In this document: in pieces, positions 32,992 to 44,259 of the stretch
Layout of the letters: each line of letters begins with the position of its first letter
Numbering within the stretch: position 1 is the first letter of the stretch
Source of the DNA: Fimicolochytrium jonesii
Taxonomy: Eukaryota
NCBI RefSeq assembly: GCF_025526975.1
Contig: NW_026515676.1
Coordinates: forward strand, 682,001 to 746,000
Length of the DNA stretch: 64,000 nucleotides
Direction: 5' to 3'
Made by a program: the position numbers and the translations under genes
Notes under the pieces: model-generated
Told to the model about the DNA's origin: nothing
What the model saw: only the letters and a program-made list of their open reading frames with translations
The model's database searches: none

Positions 32992-35900
32992 ATGAAAAAG
33001 GCAGGATCAAGCTCGAAAGACCGGCTGGCAAAGTCCGGAAACACACGGAAGCGGTCATCTTCCGCTGGTGGGCAAGATAGGCCGACTATCGGCTTACCCG
33101 TCGGAGGTGTCAACCAAGCCGCCGCAAACCCTCCAACAGACGAGCCTCAGGATCCGCCGGTCGTGGTTTGGCCCGAATGGTCTGACGCGGAGATAGCAGC
33201 AGAGAAGTGGGCGGCCAAGCATGCGTTTGAGGATCCGGAGGGGCTGGGATGGCTGCCACGGTCTCTGCGAGGATCCGTTGACGCGTACAAGCGGCCTGCC
33301 GAGCTGGCCCCGGAAGGAACGACGCCGATATGCATACAGGCGTTGCATTTGGAGGACGATGTTTTTCATAGCGCTGCTTCGTCAACGCCTGGGAGTATGG
33401 GGTTCAACTTTGGTGCTCTGACGCCGGGGTTGTCACATAACGTCACAAAGCCGTCTACTGCCCATGATACTCATGCGGGCGTTGGGGGACTTGGGACCCC
33501 GACCGTGGAGACTCCGGATTCGTTGAATGCTGGGGAGCGCACAGAAGGTGATGCGGACCCATCACCAGTCGACCCCGCGATTGCCAATGATAGTGCTCAC
33601 AAGACGGGCGGGAGCGGGGACGCACATCATAAATCCGAGCACGGGTCGAAACCACATCCGCCCCAAAATATCTTGGACGAGGAGGCAGTCACCCACAAGC
33701 TAGTTGGCGGAACAGGGGACGATGAAAGCGTCGCAGATCACGAGCTGCAAGCCCTCTCAGGAACATCAAAGCTCTTCCAAACTAACCGTCACCTTCTCCC
33801 ATCGGAACTGATGCGGACGATCCTCTGCAACCTGCACTTCCTGTACGACCAAATAAAGCAATCGCGGGCATCTGGAGGTCCCGGAGCTGCCTCCGTACCC
33901 GATGAATACGCACCGTGGGATCACATATACCCAAAGACGAAAGATGGCCTGCCCATGTACAACGTGTCGGGGAAGTATGCGGTCAAGCTCTTTTGGCTGG
34001 GCGCTTGGAGGAAAGTGACGGTGGACGATCGGATTCCGGTTGATAGCGAAGGAAGGGTGCTCCTCATTTCGACCCCTGTTGCACATGAGATTTGGCCGAT
34101 GCTTTTGACGAAAGCGATTCTTAAAGTTGTATCGACGAGGTGAGCCATCTTATATGATTTCATCTTTTTCCTAGCGGTCTCTAATTCCACTATCAACAGC
34201 TACAAAGACGGCGAATCAACCTGCGAATTCGGTGAAGTCGACATCTTCCACACCCTCAAAGGCTGGCTTCCCGAAAAGCTCGCCCTCGAAGGGAAACCCT
34301 TCAACTCCGTCTGGACCCTCATCTCCGGACTGAATCTCAAATCTCTGCAAACTGGATCCGTTTACCTTGGACCAAACCAGCGGGCAAGCTTCGCGCCCGT
34401 ACCTACTGCGGCCTCACAGAAAGCTGGTCAGGCGGCGCCGGCGGGTGATAGATCGAATATGCCGTCTGCGCAGGGAGGGAGGGCGGTGCCGGGCGCGCCG
34501 GCTGCGACTGTTGGGGGTGGGAAGATCAATGCGCATGTGATTGTTTTGGCGTGGCGAGAAGTTGAGGTGAGTGCCAATGCAGCTCAGAGTGCATTTGCCA
34601 GTTCATCCCCTTAAGGTTATCCCTTTGTACTCTTAGGAAGTGACGGATAAGGTGGACATGCACAACATGTCTGGTCCGTTCGGTGTAATCGACATTCGGG
34701 AACTCCCGGGCATCATACCTCAACGTCTCATGAAATTGCGGAGTTACTTCAGCTGCGGGTAGGTTTCAGCCCTAGGAGCCCCAATCATATGCTGGTGATC
34801 CCTTTTTGACGACATGATGATATGCAGGTTTCGGACCAAGAAGCTGACCGAAGGAAAACCGGGCTCGAAGATAGTGGATGAATCCGCGGATGCTTCTGCC
34901 GACGCAACTGATCTATGGATTCCGTACCAGGATTTCCTTCGAACCTTCCGGTACGTACCGTGTACCATATGCCATTTGATCAAGTGCATATGCTCAACGG
35001 TGAAACCCCGCTATTTTAGAGCAATTGTTGTGTATCACAGCCCAAGCAGTTTCAAGTTAATGAAAACCATCAACAACATCCCAGATCCATCGAAACCCAG
35101 CGACACACTCCGGACACCGCAGCTCCTTTGTAGGTGACTGGTAGAGCGTATAGCGCAAACCTGGACCATGAGCATCGGAGTGCTAAACGATTTATTTCCT
35201 CCGAAAACTTAGATCTCTCAGACACAACAAAGGAGCTCCCCGTCCACATCTACTTCGCAACCTACGGCCGCGTCAAAGGCGAGCAACTCGCCCAAGTATC
35301 CTGCGTGCTGGTCGAAGAATATGACTGGACAGGCGGCACGGCGTCGAAGAAACCGTTTGCGCTGAAGATGTCCACCAACGCGGCGTTGATGAGCTTTTTC
35401 CGCATACCTGCCGGGTACGAGTGAGATTGAGATTCTGTACGTCCTTGCTTATGCAGGTCGCTTCTCTGCCCTTCTGTGCTTTGGCACTCTTCTTCTCGCT
35501 TCGAATGGATTTGTGATGTGGTACTTATCGTCCATCACTTTGTTTTTCCATAGCCGGCAAGCCTACAAGTTTATAGTCAACTGCCCAACAGCATATAGTT
35601 TGTCAGTGTATGCTCGGGACGGCGAATTCCTCCTCGAAGACGAAGGAAAATACATGACGGAGCGTCTGGACCTCCATGTGAAGGACATCGATGATGGCTT
35701 CGCTGCTCAACCTGCGAATTCATGGTTTCTGTTTGTCAAGTACGTACATCCCATTTCCGTTATCATACCGGATGCGCTAACCTCGATCGTATATATCCCA
35801 CACTCCGCAGAAACGTCATCCGCTTCTCCCAACCCACCTTCCTCGCCGCGTATATCTACGTCCCCGAATACGTCCAATCCCAAACCTGCCTCCGAGCAGT

Positions 35901-37749
35901 CGACAACGACACCGGCGAAGAAGTGCCCCTCGTCTTCTACCTTCTCCGACCGCAGATATACCACCCCAACAAGAACGGATACACCTTCGTCGCAGAGTGT
36001 CGCACATTGACCCCGAAACCGGCTGGGAAGTGGAAACTGAGATATGTCTCAGAGGCGGTCCCGATTTTGGGACCGGAGAAGCCGTTGGAGTTGTGGATCA
36101 AGCCGATTGTGCAGGATTTTGATGATGTTTTTACGCCGAATAAGTATAATTTGCTCTTTAGGTGAGTGTGAACTCTGAAGCAACCTGTGCTTGGGGGCGA
36201 CGATCTCTCATCAACTCTCCTCTGCACCAGATACGTGGTGAAAGTGAAGGACGCACCGACGAACTGCGTCTCTCTGCAGCTTTCGTTTGCCTTCCCGACC
36301 GTCTGGGTCAAATTGCAAGTGTTCGACAACGGAGTGGAGATGCACTCGGCACGGGGGAAAGGCGTTGCGACCATTCCAGTTCTCAACCTGGTACAAACGG
36401 AAGAACAGATCGTGGCGCCTGCGCCAACGAAGGAGACGAAAGGAAGCGACAAGAAGGGGAAGGATGGTGGGAAAGATGCAAAGAAGGAGGAGAAAGAGAA
36501 GGAGAAGGAGAAGATAGATCCGGCGTTGGCGGATGCGGCCGCTGGGGATGTGCCTCCTGCGGTGAGTCATCTCTGGCAGGAAGCATGGCAGATGTACAAA
36601 GCTGATCGCGCCCCCTAGCCCAAGCATAGGTACATCATCCAAGGCACCATCGAGGCAACCGACCTCGCAAAGCTGATTGGGACCTCGTCAACGCCGGCGC
36701 CCACGGAATCCAACAGACCACCATCTCGCGGACCCAAACCCGCGCCGCCACCAGCCTCATCAGCCAAAAAGAAACGCTCAGCAACTATCAGCGGCCCTTC
36801 AGCTGTACCGGCAATCGGGAGCCTGACAGGCTCAGCTGCACTGGGACGCGACGTGGGCATCGGTGGTGGAAGCGCCGGTGGAAGCAGCGCGGACGATAGG
36901 CAGACTTACAGTGAGCTTGTATGGCGACTGCGGCTGATATCGACCGACACGGCGTCGCTGGTGGTTGCGCGGGACACGGAGAAAGAAGATCGGTTTCGAG
37001 CGGTGAAGGATTCGTGGGAAGCTGCCCAGCAGGGTCGTGCTGCTCGGGCACGAGAGGCACGCGATAGCTACCTGAAGCAGGTAGAAGCGGGGACTGTACG
37101 GCCGGTGGTGATCACAGGCGTGGGGGGCGAGAATGTCCCCTACAAGCCATGGACGATTCACGGCACCCGAGCGGCATCTCGGCTCGCGGTCCGGCCACGC
37201 GAAAGCAAGTTCGGCTCGTCAGTCAGTATGGCTCGACCGAGCATCGACAATCTCACCAGCATTCATTCCAACGAGGGCACCCCGCCGAGATTGCCCGGTA
37301 CATCGCGTCCGCCTTCCGCACCGCCGTCCCGCCCCGGCACAGCCTTAACGCGACCTCCTAGAGTTCTAAGCCAGGAGGAGAAAGCGGCACGGGAAGAGGA
37401 GCGGCAGATGCAGCACCGCGAGCACGAGCAGTATCAGGACACAGTGCGGAAACTCCGAGCGCAGGACCGCGAGAAACGGTCGCACATGCGGCAGATGTAC
37501 CTGGACAAGCTGGAAGAAAAGTTCAAGCAGATTGATGCGTTGAAGGAGACGGATCTGTCGAGGAGGGAGGTGTATCGACAGAAGGCTTTGAGGGAGTTTC
37601 AGGAGCTTCAGGCGAAGGCTGTGGCTGCGATGGAAGCTGCGGCGCGAGAGTCGGCACTTGCTGCTGAAAGTAGTGCGGAAGCTGAGATTGCTCAAGGCGT
37701 TGCGGCGGATAAGGGGCAGCCGAAGAAAAAAGGTACTGGCAAACGGTGA
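32992..37749 (+). CDS. ADGB: Androglobin-like protein (calpain-like N-terminus) lacking the globin/IQ segment, multi-exon
   Basis: WPEWSDAEIAAEKW...FEDPEG; SELMRTI; PWDHIY; GKYAVKLFWLGAWRKVTVDDRIP; QPANSWF; NKNGYTFVAE; WRLRLI...DTEKEDRFRAVKDSWE...GRAARA. Confidence 0.85.
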
Positions 37750-38280
37750 CGCGCGAGCGATAGTCTACTTGGAAAACACGCACCATGATTGCTTTTGGCT
37801 TTGTGCAATTAGCATTAAGAAAATGTTCATAATGTAAATTGCGCCTTCGGCCCGTACGTTCTTGTCGTGCAGGGACTTCGAGGGCCTTATTCCGCCGGAA
37901 AAGAAAACAGGAAGGCGGTAGCTCGTTCCTAATCTTCATTTCCATGCAGGAACCTTCTCCATGTAAGTCCCCGTGTATCCGCTTTGGCTGATGGTGGATA
38001 ACGCGTACAGCGGACGCGTTATGTCAGCAATTGACCGCCTTTCCGAGCGCCCCATGCGACCATTGTTCCTGGTGTTTCCTTTGCACCCGAGACACTTGTT
38101 GACAGAAAAGCCACATTTATCCCATCCAGAAGCGTCCTGAAGAGCATTACAGGGGCGACTTCCCGAGCACGGCGCGCATTTGACCTTGAGCCTTGTACCT
38201 TCTTTCTAACATCTGTCGGTCGTGTGCAAGAATTCGAATCCAACCAAACCACCATAGCACGATTGGTTAAACAGTGCAAC

Positions 38281-40535
38281 ATGGCAGATTACGCTCGTCA
38301 GCCGTCGTTGGCCGCCTCTGGCTCCCGCTCCGGAAGCCTGGAGGGAGGACTCAACCGGTCGCCTAGGTCATCGTCGCGGACCACGCTTGCTCAGCCGGCG
38401 CCACTGACCTCGACGCCTTCGATCTGGTTTTCCGCACCGGACTTGCGTTTGGCTCGTGCTGCTGAAGCGGAGTCTACAGAGCCTGAATCACAAGCGCAGC
38501 AACGTGCCAGGGCGAAGTTCTTTGATGAACACACCAGCACGGATTTGAGGAGGTGGTGGTTTCCTGTGTTCTTGTCGGAGGAGTTGCGGAAGGGCGCCGT
38601 TTTAGGCGCCACTTTGCTCGTAAGTGCGACGAGCGAATGGTATCAGTGCAGCAACATAACTCAGGCCATATGTAATAACACATCCGCCAACAATGCAGGG
38701 TGATCCAATCGTCTTGTGGCGTGATGGTGAAGGCACTGCTGTGGTAAGTATTGCTGGCAGTTGATGTTCAAAGGTCCACATCAACAAACTCTGATTACGC
38801 GACTCATCACTTCCACCAGTGTCTCGAGGACAAATGTGCCCATCGCAGCACGCCCTTGTCTCTCGGACGGATTGTAGAAGGCCAGCTGGAGTGTGCATAC
38901 GATGGCTGGCGCTATGACTCCGAAGGAAACGTCACAAAGATACCCGCGCTGCTGCCCGATAGAGATATACCCACAAATGCGTGCGCGAGGCGATATCCTA
39001 CCGTAGAAACCGACGGGATGCTTTGGGTATGTCTTTACGTCCTTTTCGGATTGTGCAGCGTCGCGTTGTTATTGAACCCTCAAGTCATGTCATGTTGGTT
39101 AATAATCGTATTCAAATTGTAGGTATGGCCAGGAGATCCGACTCTGCCGGCGTACGACATCCACGCTCGCTTCCCTCCGATCCTCTCGCCCGGATCCGCA
39201 TTCGCCCTACGCGCCGCAGTCTCGAAGAAGGTTGCGCGTGGGAGCGATGAGGGGGATTCACTGGATGCAAATGCCAACGCGAATGCTAGCAAAAAGAACC
39301 TTGATGATTCGGATGATGAGGGACCGCGTGACTCGTGGGGCAAGGTGTTCACTAGCGTCGTCGACCTCGATATCGACCAGAGCATTCTGCTGGAGAGCTT
39401 CCTCGATTATACTCATGTAAGTAGCTCGAAAATTAGCTGAAGCTTGAAGGGTAAGACCCATGCTGAGAATGCCGTTTCTCTGCAGTTGGCATACTCCCAC
39501 CCGACCCATATGATCACGCATCCGCCACATCCCTCGCCATCTCCGGTGCAAGTCGAAATCAAATTTCTGACTGACGGACCAGGTGTCTTGGCCAACGTAA
39601 TTCGCCCCACTACCTCCGAAACTCCAGTGGAAGTGCGATTCATTCCACCCTGCCATGTAAGTCTTTAAGAAGCACCTTTGAGCATGGAAATCCGGGCTAT
39701 AATAACGCAACACCACTCTAGGTCCAAATCTGCACCGACATCAAAGGTCACAAGTTCCATCAGACCATCCACTGCGTCCCTACCCAACCGGGTCAAACAC
39801 GCGTAATCTATAGACACAGTCGGAACTACTGGAACTGGGTCGACTGGTTGCCTTACGTTGGCACTATGTACAACTCGGCGTGGACGAAGAGGGTGGTCGA
39901 GGACTACCGTCTTCTGAAGGGAATGCAAGAGCGTTTAAGGGATGGAGCGAAGCCTTGGTATGTGAATTATGGGCGACGTCGACAGTGAATACCGTCTCAT
40001 TACTACCACCAAAATCTTGCCCAATAGGAACGCACCGATCCAGGCAGATTTGCTTCCACGCTACTACCGCGAATGGTACAAGCGGTGTATGGTTAAGCCC
40101 AACACCTTCTTCTCCACCTTTGCACCCGCCCAACCGCAACCGACTTTGGGCGCCGCCACTGCTCTGCACCCAATGTCCGGCGCTCTTGCTGCCACACATG
40201 CGACCTCATCTAGCAGCAACATAACCGCGCAATCCGCTCCAGCGCATCAACAGTTACATCACCAGCATCCAGCAGCCGCGCTGCACACCAACCCTTACGG
40301 CGTCACCACCACGCGACCATTCACCATCAATGCGCCTCAGCGATACACATTGGCGCACATTCCCCGCCCGCCGCCCTCACAGTTGGGTATTATTCAGGCG
40401 GCGTCCGCTGCTGCAGCTACGGCGGCCGTGGAGGCGACGGGAGGTGCCAGTCGGAGGGGCAGTATCGCCAATCTGGTAGGGGTGACCGGCGTGACTGGCG
40501 GTGCGCCGGGAAGTCGGAGAGGCAGCATGATGTGA
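38281..40535 (+). CDS. Rieske [2Fe-2S] mononuclear-iron oxygenase (PaO/CAO/Tic55-like), multi-exon
   Basis: WWFPV; GDPIVLWRD; EDKCAHRSTPLSLG; ECAYDGW; ESFLDYTH|LAYSH iron motif; VVEDYRLL. Confidence 0.88.
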
Positions 40536-40987
40536 GTACTGTATACGCTTTTGAACCGGGATCTCATCACACTGTTTCTCAAATACTCTGTTTTGGACCT
40601 TGGCCAGTGTGATGCCGCCTGTTTCGGTACCCTCTCTTCACCCGTCCAACCGAGGCGTTGCAGCCTGAGTTAAGCTCGCAGCTGCATTTCCCATCGAGTG
40701 AGACTCATCTATCCACGCCGTCGCCTGTTCTACTTTGTTTTACTTTCGCCACTGTCTGCTTCGAGCGTTCTCTTCGCGTTGACCATACGCAAAACGACAC
40801 CGATCATCTTGTACGAACTTGCCTTCCGCAATTCTCTTCTTCACCCATTCTTCTTCGTTGCATGTTTCTGTTTTTTACGTCATGTGCGCATATGATTTTG
40901 CCAAAATTTGAAAAGTGTATCATTATCCTACAACAGAGATTTTATCTATCGAGCTACGCGTAAACGATTCCTCAAAAAGCCCCCCGT

Positions 40988-41664
40988 TCAAGCCTTGGCC
41001 TTCGCCCAGTCGCACTCCCCATTCTGTTTCCACACGCTCCCATCATCATACACCTCCTTCTTCCATATCGGAACTCTCCTCTTCAATTCATCCAAGATCC
41101 ATTCGGTGGCATGCATCGCATCCTTCCGTTGGGGAGACGAGGTCGCAATGACTACCGAGGCTTCCGCTACTGGTACATCCCCTGTCCGATGTGCTATTCC
41201 CACTTTCAGGATGGTGGGATATCGGACGTGGGCTTCTTTGATTATCAGACGCAGTTCGGAAAGCGCCATAGGCTCGTATGCTTCGTAACTGAGAAGCAAT
41301 ACTCGCTTTTTCACGCCGTTCACTGTCGGAGTTCAGACGCTACACATCAATAGGTTTTCCTAAGGTGCAAGACTCTAGGCGCATATCCCTATACGTCCAG
41401 CTCCTCTCCCAGTGGTACTTTTGTCTGCTCACCCGTGAAATTATTCCTTGTCGTGCCAGAAAACGTCGATATGGCCCCCGCCTCTTCGCTCCGCACGAAG
41501 TCGACAAGCTTCGTCAGGTCGAGTGGTTCCGAGGATAGTTCAACAAGGACGTTCGAGTCGGGTAAGGTAGTTAATTCGGGGACAGGTGCTGGTGCTGGCT
41601 CGTGGTCGGCCGACCGTTGGGGACGTCTCGCAGGGAGACTTGGGCCGAAGCTCTCGAATGACAT
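40988..41664 (-). CDS. MOCS2B: Molybdopterin synthase catalytic subunit (MoaE family), one intron
   Basis: GAISTFSGTTR; LSYEAYEPMA; HRTGDVPVAEASV; LKRRVPIWKKEVY. Confidence 0.93.
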
Positions 41665-42174
41665 TTGGCCTCTGGAAGGGCGCTAGACTTTTCGGATGGC
41701 CTCCGGACGGTTGCTCTGTGTAGAGAAATATACAAACGGCGAAGGAAGGAGGCAGGAATGACCTATGACTACCGGGAATGTGCTGCTCAGTGCTCTTAGG
41801 GCTGAAGGCTCTCTGAAGGCTCCATGTTCGAGGTCGCACTCCTCGCATACTGGGTGCTCCATGGGCGTGGTCGGCTGTCGCGCGCGCGATTGTGCCCATC
41901 GTGGACATTGGGTTTCGACTGGGTCCTATAGTATGCACCCAGTATGAAGGAGTACGATGCTTGACATGCATATTGTTATCTACATACTCACGGTGCTTGA
42001 AGCAGGCAGTTGTCCGTGTGTAAGACCATTTCTCCCCAATTCCGGAACTGGAAAGCAGACAAGAAAGTGCGAAGACTGGCCTGCATCAAAATAAGCTTCA
42101 CCATACGGTGGCTTTTTGACGAGAGATTACCGTTGCATATCACAACTCCATTCCATTTGATACGTGGCGAAAAA

Positions 42175-43924
42175 ATGTCTGTACATCCAGAAACCTCCCA
42201 TGACAGGAAGGCCTCAGCAAAGTCGAAGTCCTCACATCATCGACGAGGATCAACAGCCTCCTCGCTGGTATGCCCTTCCAATTCATAGAAAACCCAGGCC
42301 ACCTTAAGCAAAATTCATGAAGTGTTCTGTCCCACATAGTCGGGGATCTTTCATAATCGAAAATCGTTGGAGAGAACCCATTTCACGAACGAAATTGGGG
42401 ACTATGAGCTCATCAGCGACATCGGTAAGCACCCAGTCCCTTGGAGCTTCGAGAACGTTCAATCCGAGATCTTGAGACAGAAGGCACTGCTACATTTACA
42501 TTGTAGGCGGGGTGGATGATATCTCGTACTTGTACCAAGCCAGACACATTCCGACCGGAGATCCTGTGGCCTTGAAATACACAGATCTGACGATATCCCC
42601 CGATTATGAGCTGATAGAGGAGTTGATAGTGGGTTGCGGTTCGCAAGTTTGAGATGCGAACCTGCAAATGTTGACGGATGGTTGGGAACTTCCCAACACA
42701 GAGAACGGTGAAGAACACGAACCAATGCCATCATCGCAACATCCTTCCCTACTGGACCACGTTCGTCGAGAACGAGCGCATGTGGAATGTGACATGTCCG
42801 ATGCAAGCAGGTATGAAATCTCTGTCCTCCTACGTACTTCTTCGTTCCTTTGCCGGTTCGCTCACTTTGTGCCGCCCAAGGATCCTTCCGCAACATCATG
42901 CGCAATCACTTCCAGGAAGGGTTCAGTGAACCGGTAGTAGCCACCATCCTGCGCGAACTGCTCAAAGCCATTGTATATATGCACGACAACATGCTGATTC
43001 ACAAGTGAGCTCTCCAGCAGTGCTACCGCAGAACGCCTGATCACATTGCTGAATGGTGTTTTCCAATCAGTGACATCCGCGCCGACAATATCCTCCTCGT
43101 GGAACACGGCGAGATCAAGATCACAGGTCTGCGTCAGATGATCTCGTTATCGGAAGGCGGGCAGTACCTCGAGTCTGTGTTTTCTATTGTCGGGGATAAC
43201 ATCGAGTGGGCCGCGCCGGAAGTGATGGCTCAGGTACCACTGAAGTCTTGGGGTTTGTGCTTTATCCAGCTCAGGAGCTGATTTGCTGGAATGCAGAACT
43301 CGGTATATGACGAGAAGGCAGACATCTACAGCATCGGCATTACTGCGCTGGAACTTGCGTTCAACCGGACCCCGTTCGACGATTGGCCGCCACTGAAAGT
43401 ATGTACATCCCCCAATTTCATTGTAGCGTGGCAACCACATTGACAACCACATCACAGGTCCTGCTAAGCAAACTCGAGTACCCATGCCCGTTGATCCCCA
43501 CCAAGAAAGCGATGAGCAAAGAGTTCTACGATATGGTCTATGCGTGTCTGCATAAAGACCCCAAGCGGAGGTGTGTCACATGTTTCGAGTCCCAACCGCT
43601 ATTCATCCACGCTGCTAACAAAGCGATCATGAAGACCCTCAGCGTGCGAACTAGCCGACAACGCGTTCTTCAAGCAGGCCAAGAGCACGAAGTTCCTCGA
43701 GGCTCAGGTTTTGCAGAAGTTGGAGAGCAAACCTCGGACAGGTGGGTTTGTTGCTTATTGGCCAGAGCTGCTATATGTGATGTTCAACAAACCCTTTGGT
43801 TTGCTTAGGTCCTGCGGTATCGCCGGAACAAGGGCCAAGTCCGCCGCTGCCAGTAGAGGATACCACGCCATCAAACCATAGATTGGATGTCGAGGAGCCT
43901 CTTGATGAGGAACCTGATGAATAG
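42175..43924 (+). CDS. STRAD: STE20-related adaptor (STRAD)-like pseudokinase, multi-exon
   Basis: LYQARHIPTG; HRNILPYWTTFV; HFQEGFSE; KITGLR (GLR replacing DFG); WAAPEVMAQ; KADIYSIGITALELA. Confidence 0.8.
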
Positions 43925-44259
43925 ATGGCGATAATTCCTAGTATGCTTTGCGACAACGTGGCGCGAGTCCGGACCTAATTCCGACGAAAGTATGCGATGT
44001 AGAGAACATGAAGGAAGGATGTCATTTAATTGTGTAGATCAACACACGACATGAAACGAACCCCATTTAGGGACCAACAAGGCTAGAAACGTATGCGGAA
44101 ATATGTGACAGAATGGGGAGGGAAGAGCGAGTGAAGATCGGACTCTCGATCCGGAACCTAATCTATGTACACACGGCGGGTCCGTTGAGATGCCCTCGTG
44201 CAGGAACAACATGTACAGCAAAGTCGTTCAGGTATATATAGCCAGACCCGCGAGAAGCA

